Shown: positions 24,901 to 39,435 of the stretch, piece after piece
How positions within the stretch are numbered: the first letter of the stretch is position 1
Layout: each line of letters opens with the position of its first letter
NCBI GenBank assembly: GCA_964016885.1
Contig: OZ024753.1
Coordinates: forward strand, 23,560,001 to 23,624,000
Direction of reading: 5' to 3'
Length of the DNA stretch: 64,000 bases
DNA from: Eledone cirrhosa
Taxonomy: Eukaryota
Translations under genes and position numbers: made by a program
Notes under the pieces: model-generated
Told to the model about the DNA's origin: nothing
Database searches by the model: none
What the model saw: only the letters and a program-made list of their open reading frames with translations

Positions 24901-27900
24901 AGGAAATGGATGACAGAGATTGCTAGGTTAATGGGTAAAAGTGAGAAATTGGATGACAGAGATTGGTAGGTTAATGGGTAAAGGTGAGACAATGGATGAC
25001 AGATATTGCTTAGTTAATGGGTAAAGGTGAGAAAATGGATGACAGATATTGCTAGGTTAATGGGTAAAGGTGAGACAATGGATGACAGAGATTGCTTAGA
25101 TAATGGTTAAAGGTGAGAAATTGGATGACTGAGATTGCTAGCTTAATGGATAAACCTGCGAAAATGGATGACAGAGATTGCTAGGTTAATGGGTAAACGT
25201 TAGGAAATGAATGACAGATATTGCTAGGTTAATGGGTAAAAGTGCGAAATTGGATGACAGAGATTGCTAGGTTATTGGGTAAAAGTGAGAAAATGGATGA
25301 CATAGATTGCTAGATTGATGGGTAAATGTGGGAGATTGGATGACAGAGATTGCTAAGTTAATGGTTAAAAGTGTGTAACTAGATGACAGAGATTGCTATG
25401 TTAATGGGTAAGGGTAAGAAAATGGATGACAGTGTTTGATAGGTTAATGAGTAAAGGTGAGAAAATGGATGAGAGAGATTGGTAGGTTAATCGGTAAAGG
25501 TGGGAAATTGGATGACAGAGATTGCTATTTCAATGGGTAAAGGTGAGAAATTTGATGACAGAGATTGCTAGGTTAATGGGTAAAGGTGAGACAATGGATG
25601 ACAGAGATTGCTTAGATAATGGGTAAAGGTGAGAAATTGGTTGACAGACGTTGCTAGGTTAATGGGTAAATGTTAGAAAATGGATGACAGAGATTGGTAG
25701 GTTAATGGGTAATGGTGAGGCAATGGATGACAGAGATTGCTAGGTTAATGGGTAAACGTGCGAAAATGGATGACAGTGATTGCTAGGTTAATGGATAAAA
25801 ATGAGAAATTGGATGACAGTAATTGGTAGGTTAATGGGAAAAGGTGAGACAATGGATGACAGATATTGCTTAATTAATGGGTAAAGGTGAGAAACTGGAT
25901 GACAGAGAATGATAGGTTAATGGGTAAAGGTGAGAAAATTGATAACAGACATTGCTAGGTTAATGGATAGACGTCAGAAAATGGATGGCAGAGATTGCTA
26001 GGGGAATAGGTAAAGGTAAGTAACTGGATGACAGAGATTGCTAGGTTAATGGTTAAAAGTGAGTAACTAGATGACAGAGATTGCTATGTTAATGGGTAAG
26101 GGTAAGAAAGTGGATGACAGTGTTTGATAGGTTAATGAGTAAAGGTGAGAAAATGGATGAGAGAGATTGTTAGGTTAATCGGTAAAGGTGGGAAATTGGA
26201 TGACAGAGATTGCTAGGTTGATGGGTAAATGTGGGAGATTGGATGAAAGAGATTGCTAGGTAATTGGGTAAAAGTGAGTACATGGATGACAGATTTTGCT
26301 AGGTTAATGGGTTAAGGTGAGAAAATGGATGACAGAGATTGCTAGATTGATTGGTAAATGTGGGAGATTGGATGACAGAGATTGCTATTTCAATAGGTAA
26401 AGGTGAGAAAATTGATGACAGAGATTGCTAGGTTAATGGGTAAGGGAGAGAAATTAAATGGATGACAGAGATTGTTAGGTTAAAGAGTAAAGGTGAGAAA
26501 ATGGATAAGACCGATTGCTAGTTTAATGGGTAAAGCTGAGAAATTGAATGAGGCAGATTGCTAGGTTAATGGGTAAAAATGAGAAATTGGATGACAGAGT
26601 TTGCTAGGGGAATGGGTAAAGGTGAGAAAATGGATGACAGAGATTGCTAGGTTAATGGGTAAAGGTGAGAAAATGGATGACAGAGATTGCTAGCTTAATA
26701 TGTATACCTGCGAAAATGGATGACAGAGATTGCTAGGTTAATGGGTAAAAGTGCGAAATTGGATGACAGAGATTGCTAGGTTAATGGTTAAAGGTGAGAA
26801 ATTTGATGACAGAGATTGCTAGGTTAATGGGTAAAACTGAGAAATTTGATGAGAGAGATTGCTAGGTTAATGGGTAAAGGTGAGAAAATGGATGACAGAG
26901 ATTGCTAGGTTAATGGGTAAAGCTGAGAAAATGGATGACAGAGATTGCTAGCTTAATGGGTAAACCTGCGAAAATGGATGACAGAGATTGCTGGGTTAAT
27001 GGGTAAAGGTTAGGAAATGGATGACAGAGATTGCTAAGTTAATGGTTAAAAGTGAGTAACTAGATGACAGAGATTGCTATGTTAATGGGTATGGGTAAGA
27101 AAATGGATGACAGTGTTTGATAGTTTAATGAGTAAAGGTGAGAAAATGGATGAGGGAGATTGGTAGGTTAATCGGTAAAGGTGGGAAATTGGATGACGGA
27201 CATTGCTAGTTCAATGGGTAAAGGTGAGAAATTTGATGACATAGATTGCTAGGTTAATGGGTAAAACTGAGAAATTTGATGAGAGTGATTGCTAGGTTAA
27301 TGGGTAAAGGTGAGAAAATGGATGACAGAGATTGCTAGGTTAATGGGTAAAGCTGAGAAAATGGATGACAGAGATTGCTAGCTTAATGGGTAAACCTGCG
27401 AAAATGGATGACAGAGATTGCTAGGTTAATGGGTAAAGGTTAGGAAATGGATGACAGAGATTGCTAGGTTAATGGGTAAAAGTGAGAAATTGGATGACAG
27501 AGATTGGTAGGTTAATGGGTAAAGGTGAGGCAATGGATGACAGAGATTGCTTGGTTAATGGGTAAAGGTGAGACAATGTATGACAGAGATTGCTAGGTTA
27601 ATGGGTAAACCTGTGAAAATGGATGACAGTGATTGCTAGGTTAATGGGTAAAGGTGAGATAATGGATGACAGAGATTGCTAGGTTGATGGGTAAATGTGG
27701 GAGATTGGATGACAGAGATTGCTAGGTAATTGGGTAAAAGTGAGTAAATGGATGACAGATTTTGCTAGGTTAATGGGTTAAGGTGAGAAAATGGATGACA
27801 GAGATTGCTAGATTGATCGGTAAATGTGGGAGATTGGATGACAGAGATTGCTATTTCAATAGGTAAAGGTGAGAAAATTGATGACAGAGATTGCTAGGTT

Positions 27901-28149
27901 AATGGGTAAAGGTGAGAAATTAAATGGATGACAGAGATTGCTTGGTTAAAGAGTAAAGTTGAAAAAATGGATGAGACAGATTGCTAGGTTAATGGGTAAA
28001 GCTGAGAAATTGGATGAGACAGATTGCTAGGTTAATGGGTAAAAATGAGAAATTGGATGACAGAGTTTGCTAGGGGAATGGGTAAAGGTGAGAAAATGGA
28101 TGACAGATATTGCTAGTTCTATGGGTAAAGCTGAGAAAATGGATGACAG

Positions 28150-31100
28150 AGATTGCTAGGTTAATGGGTAAAAGTGAGAAATTTGATGACAGAGATTGCT
28201 AGGTTAATGGGTAAACGTAAGAAAATGGATGACTGAGATTGCTAGGTTAATGGGTAAAGGTTAGGAAATGGATGACAGAGATTGGTAGGTTAATGGGTAA
28301 AGATGAGACAATGGATGACAGAGATTGCTTGGTTAATGGGTAAAGGTGAGAAAATGGATGACAGAGATTGCTAGATTAATGGGTGAAGGAGAGAAAATAG
28401 ATGACAGAGATTGATAGGTTAATAGGTAAAGGTGAGAAAAAGGATGACAGAGATTGCTAGGTTAATGGGTAAAGGTGAGTAACTGGATAACAGAGAGCGC
28501 TATGTTAATGGTTAAAAGTGAGTAACTGGATGACAGAGGTTGCTAGGTTAATGGGTAAGGTTAAGAAAATGGATGACAGTGTTAGATAGGTTAATGGGTA
28601 AAGGTGAGAAAATGGATGAGAGAGATTGGTAGGTTAAGCGGTAAAGGTGGGAAATTGGAAGACAGAGATTGCTAGTTCAATTGGTAAAGGTGAGAAAATG
28701 GATGACAGAGGTTGCTAAGTTAATGGCAAATGGTGAGAAATTTGATGACAGAAATTGCTAGGTTAATGGGTAAAAGTGAGATATTTGATGACAGAGATTG
28801 CCAGGTTAATGGGTAAGTGAGAAATTGGATGACAGAGATTGGTAGGTTAATGGGTTAAGGTGAGATATTGGATGACAGAGATTGGTAGGTTAATGGGTAA
28901 AGGTGAGACAATGGATGACAGAGATTGATAGGTTAATGGGTAAATGTTAGAAAATGGATGACAGATATTGGTAGGTTAATGGGTAAAGGTGAGACAATGG
29001 ATGACAGAGATTGCTTGGATAATGGGTAAAGCTGAGAAAATGGATGACAGAGATTACTAGGTTAATGGGTAAATGTTAGTAAATGGATGACAGAGATTGC
29101 TAGGTTAATGGGTAAAAGTGAGAAATTGGATGATAGAGATTGGTAGGTTAATGGGTAAAGGTGAGACAATGGATGACAGAGATTGCTTGGTTAATGGGTA
29201 AATGTTAGAAAATGGATGACAGAGATTGCTAGGTTAATGGGTAAAGGTGAGAAAATGGATGACAGAGATTGATAGGTTAATGGGTAAAGTGGGAAGATAG
29301 ATGACAGAGATTGCTAGGTTAATGGGTTAAGGTGAGAAAATGGATGACAGAGATTGTTAGGTTATGGGTAATGGTGAGAAAATGGATGACAGAGATTGCT
29401 AGGTTAATTCGTAATGCTGCAAAAATGGATGACAGTGATTGCTAGGTTAAGGGGTAAAGGTTAGAAAATGGATAACAGAGATTGCTAGGTTAATGGGTAA
29501 AAATGAGAAATTGGATGACAGAGTTTGCTATGGGAATGGGTAAAGGTGAGAAAATGGATGACAGGGATTGCTAGGTTAATGGGTAAAGGTGAGAAAATGG
29601 ATGACAGAGATTCCTAGGTTAATGGGTAAATGTTAGAAAATGGATGACAGAGATTGCTAGGTTAATGGGTAAATGTTAGAAAATGGATGACAGAGATTGG
29701 TAGGTTAATGGGTAAAGGTAAGAAAATGGATGACAGAGATTGCTAGGCTAATGGGTAAATGTTAGAAAATGGATGACAGAGATTGGTAGGTTAATGGGTA
29801 AAGGTGAGACAATGGATGACAGAGATTGCTAGGTAAATGGGTAAAGGTGAAAGATTGGATGACAGAGATTGCTAGGTTAATGGGCAATGTTGCGAAAATG
29901 GATGACAGTGATTGCTAGGTTAATGGGTAAAGGTTAGAAAATGGATGACAGAGATTGCAAGGTTAATGGGTAAAAATGAGAAATTGGATGACATAGTTTG
30001 CTAGGGGAATGGGTAAAGGTGAGAAAATGGATGACAGAGATTGCTAGGTTAATGGGTAAAGGTGAGAAAATGGATGACAGAGATTGCTAGGTTAATGGGT
30101 AAAAATGAGAAACTGGATGACAGAGATTGCTAGGTTAATGGGTAAAGGTGAGAAAATGGATGACAGAGATTGCTAGGTTAATGGGTAGAGGTGAGAAATT
30201 GGTTGATAGTGATTGCTAGGTTAATGGGTAAATGTGAGAAAATGGATGACAGAGATTGCTAGGTTAAAGGGTAAAGGTGGGTAACTGGATGACAGAGATC
30301 GCTAGGTTAATGGGTAAAAGCTAGTAAATGGATTACGGAGGTTGCTAGGTTATTGGGTAAAAGTGAGTAAATGGATGACAGAGATTGCTAGGTTAATTGG
30401 TAAAAGTGAGTAAATGGATGACAGACATTGCTAGGCTAATGGGTAAAGGTGAGAAAATGGATGAGAGAGATTGGTAGGTTAAGCGGTAAAGGTGGGAAAT
30501 TGGAAGACAGAGATTGCTAGGTTAATGGGTAAAAGTGAGAAATTTGATGACAGAGATTGCTAGGTTAATGGGTAAACGTAAGAAAATGGATGACTGAGAT
30601 TGCTAGGTTAATGGGTAAAGGTTAGGAAATGGATGACAGAGATTGGTAGGTTAATGGGTAAAGATGAGACAATGGATGACAGAGATTGCTTGGTTAATGG
30701 GTAAAGGTGAGAAAATGGATGACAGAGATTGCTAGATTAATGGGTGAAGGAGAGAAAATAGATGACAGAGATTGATAGGTTAATAGGTAAAGGTGAGAAA
30801 AAGGATGACAGAGATTGCTAGGTTAATGGGTAAAGGTGAGTAACTGGATAACAGAGAGCGCTATGTTAATGGTTAAAAGTGAGTAACTGGATGACAGAGG
30901 TTGCTAGGTTAATGGGTAAGGTTAAGAAAATGGATGACAGTGTTAGATAGGTTAATGGGTAAAGGTGAGAAAATGGATGAGAGAGATTGGTGGGTTAAGC
31001 GGTAAAGGTGGGAAATTGGAAGACAGAGATTGCTAGTTCAATTGGTAAAGGTGAGAAAATGGATGACAGAGGTTGCTAAGTTAATGGCAAATGGTGAGAA

Positions 31101-34100
31101 ATTTGATGACAGAAATTGCTAGGTTAATGGGTAAAAGTGAGATATTTGATGACAGAGATTGCCAGGTTAATGGGTAAGTGAGAAATTGGATGACAGAGAT
31201 TGGTAGGTTAATGGGTTAAGGTGAGATATTGGATGACAGAGATTGGTAGGTTAATGGGTAAAGGTGAGACAATGGATGACAGAGATTGATAGGTTAATGG
31301 GTAAATGTTAGAAAATGGATGACAGATATTGGTAGGTTAATGGGTAAAGGTGAGACAATGGATGACAGAGATTGCTTGGATAATGGGTAAAGCTGAGAAA
31401 ATGGATGACAGAGATTACTAGGTTAATGGGTAAATGTTAGTAAATGGATGACAGAGATTGCTAGGTTAATGGGTAAAAGTGAGAAATTGGATGATAGAGA
31501 TTGGTAGGTTAATGGGTAAAGGTGAGACAATGGATGACAGAGATTGCTTGGTTAATGGGTAAATGTTAGAAAATGGATGACAGAGATTGCTAGGTTAATG
31601 GGTAAAGGTGAGAAAATGGATGACAGAGATTGATAGGTTAATGGGTAAAGTGGGAAGATAGATGACAGAGATTGCTAGGTTAATGGGTTAAGGTGAGAAA
31701 ATGGATGACAGAGATTGTTAGGTTATGGGTAATGGTGAGAAAATGGATGACAGAGATTGCTAGGTTAATTCGTAATGCTGCAAAAATGGATGACAGTGAT
31801 TGCTAGGTTAAGGGGTAAAGGTTAGAAAATGGATAACAGAGATTGCTAGGTTAATGGGTAAAAATGAGAAATTGGATGACAGAGTTTGCTATGGGAATGG
31901 GTAAAGGTGAGAAAATGGATGACAGGGATTGCTAGGTTAATGGGTAAAGGTGAGAAAATGGATGACAGAGATTCCTAGGTTAATGGGTAAATGTTAGAAA
32001 ATGGATGACAGAGATTGCTAGGTTAATGGGTAAATGTTAGAAAATGGATGACAGAGATTGGTAGGTTAATGGGTAAAGGTAAGAAAATGGATGACAGAGA
32101 TTGCTAGGCTAATGGGTAAATGTTAGAAAATGGATGACAGAGATTGGTAGGTTAATGGGTAAAGGTGAGACAATGGATGACAGAGATTGCTAGGTAAATG
32201 GGTAAAGGTGAAAAATTGGATGACAGAGATTGCTAGGTTAATGGGCAATGTTGCGAAAATGGATGACAGTGATTGCTAGGTTAATGGGTAAAGGTTAGAA
32301 AATGGATGACAGAGATTGCAAGTTTAATGGGTAAAAATGAGAAATTGGATGACATAGTTTGCTAGGGGAATGGGTAAAGGTGAGAAAATGGATGACAGAG
32401 ATTGCTAGGTTAATGGGTAAAGGTGAGAAAGTGGATGACAGAGATTGCTAGGTTAATGGGTAAAGGTGAGTAACTGGATAACAGAGAGCGCTATGTTAAT
32501 GGTTAAAAGTGAGTAACTGGATGACAGAGGTTGCTAGGTTAATGGGTAAGGTTAAGAAAATGGATGACAGTGTTAGATAGGTTAATGGGTAAAGGTGAGA
32601 AAATGGATGAGAGAGATTGGTAGGTTAAGCGGTAAAGGTGGGAAATTGGAAGACAGAGATTGCTAGTTCAATTGGTAAAGGTGAGAAAATGGATGACAGA
32701 GGTTGCTAAGTTAATGGCAAATGGTGAGAAATTTGATGACAGAAATTGCTAGGTTAATGGGTAAAAGTGAGATATTTGATGACAGAGATTGCCAGGTTAA
32801 TGGGTAAGTGAGAAATTGGATGACAGAGATTGGTAGGTTAATGGGTTAAGGTGAGATATTGGATGACAGAGATTGGTAGGTTAATGGGTAAAGGTGAGAC
32901 AATGGATGACAGAGATTGATAGGTTAATGGGTAAATGTTAGAAAATGGATGACAGATATTGGTAGGTTAATGGGTAAAGGTGAGACAATGGATGACAGAG
33001 ATTGCTTGGATAATGGGTAAAGCTGAGAAAATGGATGACAGAGATTACTAGGTTAATGGGTAAATGTTAGTAAATGGATGACAGAGATTGCTAGGTTAAT
33101 GGGTAAAAGTGAGAAATTGGATGATAGAGATTGGTAGGTTAATGGGTAAAGGTGAGACAATGGATGACAGAGATTGCTTGGTTAATGGGTAAATGTTAGA
33201 AAATGGATGACAGAGATTGCTAGGTTAATGGGTAAAGGTGAGAAAATGGATGACAGAGATTGATAGGTTAATGGGTAAAGTGGGAAGATAGATGACAGAG
33301 ATTGCTAGGTTAATGGGTTAAGGTGAGAAAATGGATGACAGAGATTGTTAGGTTATGGGTAATGGTGAGAAAATGGATGACAGAGATTGCTAGGTTAATT
33401 CGTAATGCTGCAAAAATGGATGACAGTGATTGCTAGGTTAAGGGGTAAAGGTTAGAAAATGGATAACAGAGATTGCTAGGTTAATGGGTAAAAATGAGAA
33501 ATTGGATGACAGAGTTTGCTATGGGAATGGGTAAAGGTGAGAAAATGGATGACAGGGATTGCTAGGTTAATGGGTAAAGGTGAGAAAATGGATGACAGAG
33601 ATTCCTAGGTTAATGGGTAAATGTTAGAAAATGGATGACAGAGATTGCTAGGTTAATGGGTAAATGTTAGAAAATGGATGACAGAGATTGGTAGGTTAAT
33701 GGGTAAAGGTAAGAAAATGGATGACAGAGATTGCTAGGCTAATGGGTAAATGTTAGAAAATGGATGACAGAGATTGGTAGGTTAATGGGTAAAGGTGAGA
33801 CAATGGATGACAGAGATTGCTAGGTAAATGGGTAAAGGTGAAAGATTGGATGACAGAGATTGCTAGGTTAATGGGCAATGTTGCGAAAATGGATGACAGT
33901 GATTGCTAGGTTAATGGGTAAAGGTTAGAAAATGGATGACAGAGATTGCAAGGTTAATGGGTAAAAATGAGAAATTGGATGACATAGTTTGCTAGGGGAA
34001 TGGGTAAAGGTGAGAAAATGGATGACAGAGATTGCTAGGTTAATGGGTAAAGGTGAGAAAATGGATGACAGAGATTGCTAGGTTAATGGGTAAAAATGAG

Positions 34101-37100
34101 AAACTGGATGACAGAGATTGCTAGGTTAATGGGTAAAGGTGAGAAAATGGATGACAGAGATTGCTAGGTTAATGGGTAGAGGTGAGAAATTGGTTGATAG
34201 TGATTGCTAGGTTAATGGGTAAATGTGAGAAAATGGATGACAGAGATTGCTAGGTTAAAGGGTAAAGGTGGGTAACTGGATGACAGAGATCGCTAGGTTA
34301 ATGGGTAAAAGCTAGTAAATGGATTACGGAGGTTGCTAGGTTATTGGGTAAAAGTGAGTAAATGGATGACAGAGATTGCTAGGTTAATTGGTAAAAGTGA
34401 GTAAATGGATGACAGACATTGCTAGGCTAATGGGTAAAGGTGAGAAAATGGATGAGAGAGATTGGTAGGTTAAGCGGTAAAGGTGGGAAATTGGAAGACA
34501 GAGATTGCTAGGTTAATGGGTAAAAGTGAGAAATTTGATGACAGAGATTGCTAGGTTAATGGGTAAACGTAAGAAAATGGATGACTGAGATTGCTAGGTT
34601 AATGGGTAAAGGTTAGGAAATGGATGACAGAGATTGGTAGGTTAATGGGTAAAGATGAGACAATGGATGACAGAGATTGCTTGGTTAATGGGTAAAGGTG
34701 AGAAAATGGATGACAGAGATTGCTAGATTAATGGGTGAAGGAGAGAAAATAGATGACAGAGATTGATAGGTTAATAGGTAAAGGTGAGAAAAAGGATGAC
34801 AGAGATTGCTAGGTTAATGGGTAAAGGTGAGTAACTGGATAACAGAGAGCGCTATGTTAATGGTTAAAAGTGAGTAACTGGATGACAGAGGTTGCTAGGT
34901 TAATGGGTAAGGTTAAGAAAATGGATGACAGTGTTAGATAGGTTAATGGGTAAAGGTGAGAAAATGGATGAGAGAGATTGGTGGGTTAAGCGGTAAAGGT
35001 GGGAAATTGGAAGACAGAGATTGCTAGTTCAATTGGTAAAGGTGAGAAAATGGATGACAGAGGTTGCTAAGTTAATGGCAAATGGTGAGAAATTTGATGA
35101 CAGAAATTGCTAGGTTAATGGGTAAAAGTGAGATATTTGATGACAGAGATTGCCAGGTTAATGGGTAAGTGAGAAATTGGATGACAGAGATTGGTAGGTT
35201 AATGGGTTAAGGTGAGATATTGGATGACAGAGATTGGTAGGTTAATGGGTAAAGGTGAGACAATGGATGACAGAGATTGATAGGTTAATGGGTAAATGTT
35301 AGAAAATGGATGACAGATATTGGTAGGTTAATGGGTAAAGGTGAGACAATGGATGACAGAGATTGCTTGGATAATGGGTAAAGCTGAGAAAATGGATGAC
35401 AGAGATTACTAGGTTAATGGGTAAATGTTAGTAAATGGATGACAGAGATTGCTAGGTTAATGGGTAAAAGTGAGAAATTGGATGATAGAGATTGGTAGGT
35501 TAATGGGTAAAGGTGAGACAATGGATGACAGAGATTGCTTGGTTAATGGGTAAATGTTAGAAAATGGATGACAGAGATTGCTAGGTTAATGGGTAAAGGT
35601 GAGAAAATGGATGACAGAGATTGATAGGTTAATGGGTAAAGTGGGAAGATAGATGACAGAGATTGCTAGGTTAATGGGTTAAGGTGAGAAAATGGATGAC
35701 AGAGATTGTTAGGTTATGGGTAATGGTGAGAAAATGGATGACAGAGATTGCTAGGTTAATTCGTAATGCTGCAAAAATGGATGACAGTGATTGCTAGGTT
35801 AAGGGGTAAAGGTTAGAAAATGGATAACAGAGATTGCTAGGTTAATGGGTAAAAATGAGAAATTGGATGACAGAGTTTGCTATGGGAATGGGTAAAGGTG
35901 AGAAAATGGATGACAGGGATTGCTAGGTTAATGGGTAAAGGTGAGAAAATGGATGACAGAGATTCCTAGGTTAATGGGTAAATGTTAGAAAATGGATGAC
36001 AGAGATTGCTAGGTTAATGGGTAAATGTTAGAAAATGGATGACAGAGATTGGTAGGTTAATGGGTAAAGGTAAGAAAATGGATGACAGAGATTGCTAGGC
36101 TAATGGGTAAATGTTAGAAAATGGATGACAGAGATTGGTAGGTTAATGGGTAAAGGTGAGACAATGGATGACAGAGATTGCTAGGTAAATGGGTAAAGGT
36201 GAAAAATTGGATGACAGAGATTGCTAGGTTAATGGGCAATGTTGCGAAAATGGATGACAGTGATTGCTAGGTTAATGGGTAAAGGTTAGAAAATGGATGA
36301 CAGAGATTGCAAGTTTAATGGGTAAAAATGAGAAATTGGATGACATAGTTTGCTAGGGGAATGGGTAAAGGTGAGAAAATGGATGACAGAGATTGCTAGG
36401 TTAATGGGTAAAGGTGAGAAAGTGGATGACAGAGATTGCTAGGTTAATGGGTAAAGGTGAGAAAATGGATGACAGAGATTTCTAGGTTAAAGGGTAAAGG
36501 TGAGAAAATGAATGACAGAGATCGCTAGGTTAATGGTTAAAGGTGAGAAAATGGATGACAGAGATTGCTAGGTTAATGGGTAAAAATGAGAAACTGGATG
36601 ACAGAGATTGCTAGGTTAATGGGTAAAGGTGAGAAAATGGATGACAGAGATTGCTAGGTTAATGGGTAGAGGTGAGAAATTGGTTGATAGTGATTGCTAG
36701 GTTAATGGGTAAATGTGAGAAAATGGATGACAGAGATTGCTAGGTTAAAGGGTAAAGGTGGGTAACTGGATGACAGAGATCGCTAGGTTAATGGGTAAAA
36801 GCTAGTAAATGGATTACGGAGGTTGCTAGGTTATTGGGTAAAAGTGAGTAAATGGATGACAGAGATTGCTAGGTTAATTGGTAAAAGTGAGTAAATGGAT
36901 GACAGACATTGCTAGGCTAATGGGTAAAGGTGAGAAAATGGATGAGAGAGATTGGTAGGTTAAGCGGTAAAGGTGGGAAATTGGAAGACAGAGATTGCTA
37001 GGTTAATGGGTAAAAGTGAGAAATTTGATGTCAGAGATTGCTAGGTTAATGGGTAAACGTAAGAAAATGGATGACTGAGATTGCTAGGTTAATGGGTAAA

Positions 37101-39435
37101 GGTTAGGAAATGGATGACAGAGATTGGTAGGTTAATGGGTAAAGATGAGACAATGGATGACAGAGATTGCTTGGTTAATGGGTAAAGGTGAGAAAATGGA
37201 TGACAGAGATTGCTAGATTAATGGGTGAAGGAGAGAAAATAGATGACAGAGATTGATAGGTTAATAGGTAAAGGTGAGAAAAAGGATGACAGAGATTGCT
37301 AGGTTAATGGGTAAAGGTGAGTAACTGGATAACAGAGAGCGCTATGTTAATGGTTAAAAGTGAGTAACTGGATGACAGAGGTTGCTAGGTTAATGGGTAA
37401 GGTTAAGAAAATGGATGACAGTGTTAGATAGGTTAATGGGTAAAGGTGAGAAAATGGATGAGAGAGATTGGTAGGTTAAGCGGTAAAGGGGGGAAATTGG
37501 AAGACAGAGATTGCTAGTTCAATTGGTAAAGGTGAGAAAATGGATGACAGAGGTTGCTAAGTTAATGGCAAATGGTGAGAAATTTGATGACAGAAATTGC
37601 TAGGTTAATGGGTAAAAGTGAGATATTTGATGACAGAGATTGCCAGGTTAATGGGTAAGTGAGAAATTGGATGACAGAGATTGGTAGGTTAATGGGTTAA
37701 GGTGAGATATTGGATGACAGAGATTGGTAGGTTAATGGGTAAAGGTGAGACAATGGATGACAGAGATTGATAGGTTAATGGGTAAATGTTAGAAAATGGA
37801 TGACAGATATTGGTAGGTTAATGGGTAAAGGTGAGACAATGGATGACAGAGATTGCTTGGATAATGGGTAAAGCTGAGAAAATGGATGACAGAGATTACT
37901 AGGTTAATGGGTAAATGTTAGTAAATGGATGACAGAGATTGCTAGGTTAATGGGTAAAAGTGAGAAATTGGATGATAGAGATTGGTAGGTTAATGGGTAA
38001 AGGTGAGACAATGGATGACAGAGATTGCTTGGTTAATGGGTAAATGTTAGAAAATGTATGACAGAGATTGCTAGGTTAATGGGTAAAGGTGAGAAAATGG
38101 ATGACAGAGATTGATAGGTTAATGGGTAAAGTGGGAAGATAGATGACAGAGATTGCTAGGTTAATGGGTTAAGGTGAGAAAATGGATGACAGAGATTGTT
38201 AGGTTATGGGTAATGGTGAGAAAATGGATGACAGAGATTGCTAGGTTAATTCGTAATGCTGCAAAAATGGATGACAGTGATTGCTAGGTTAAGGGGTAAA
38301 GGTTAGAAAATGGATAACAGAGATTGCTAGGTTAATGGGTAAAAATGAGAAATTGGATGACAGAGTTTGCTATGGGAATGGGTAAAGGTGAGAAAATGGA
38401 TGACAGGGATTGCTAGGTTAATGGGTAAAGGTGAGAAAATGGATGACAGAGATTCCTAGGTTAATGGGTAAATGTTAGAAAATGGATGACAGAGATTGCT
38501 AGGTTAATGGGTAAATGTTAGAAAATGGATGACAGAGATTGGTAGGTTAATGGGTAAAGGTAAGAAAATGGATGACAGAGATTGCTAGGCTAATGGGTAA
38601 ATGTTAGAAAATGGATGACAGAGATTGGTAGGTTAATGGGTAAAGGTGAGACAATGGATGACAGAGATTGCTAGGTAAATGGGTAAAGGTGAAAAATTGG
38701 ATGACAGAGATTGCTAGGTTAATGGGCAATGTTGCGAAAATGGATGACAGTGATTGCTAGGTTAATGGGTAAAGGTTAGAAAATGGATGACAGAGATTGC
38801 AAGGTTAATGGGTAAAAATGAGAAATTGGATGACATAGTTTGCTAGGGGAATGGGTAAAGGTGAGAAAATGGATGACAGAGATTGCTAGGTTAATGGGTA
38901 AAGGTGAGAAAGTGGATGACAGAGATTGCTAGGTTAATGGGTAAAGGTGAGAAAATGGATGACAGAGATTTCTAGGTTAAAGGGTAAAGGTGAGAAAATG
39001 AATGACAGAGATCGCTAGGTTAATGGTTAAAGGTGAGAAAATGGATGACAGAGATTGCTAGGTTAATGGGTAAAAATGAGAAACTGGATGACAGAGATTG
39101 CTAGGTTAATGGGTAAAGGTGAGAAAATGGATGACAGAGATTGCTAGGTTAATGGGTAGAGGTGAGAAATTGGTTGATAGTGATTGCTAGGTTAATGGGT
39201 AAATGTGAGAAAATGGATGACAGAGATTGCTAGGTTAAAGGGTAAAGGTGGGTAACTGGATGACAGAGATCGCTAGGTTAATGGGTAAAAGCTAGTAAAT
39301 GGATTACGGAGGTTGCTAGGTTATTGGGTAAAAGTGAGTAAATGGATGACAGAGATTGCTAGGTTAATTGGTAAAAGTGAGTAAATGGATGACAGACATT
39401 GCTAGGCTAATGGGTAAAGGTGAGAAAATGGATGA
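28150..39435. repeat. Young HOR block 1: about five near-identical copies of a 55-58-monomer unit, one copy shortened to 38 monomers
   Basis: The rare marker ggataacagagagcgc ends at 28500, 30861, 32491, 34852 and 37342 (spacings 2361, 1630, 2361, 2490). Other private markers (aattcgtaatgctgc, ttaatggcaaatgg, gttagatagg) recur in the same order. Confidence 0.93.
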
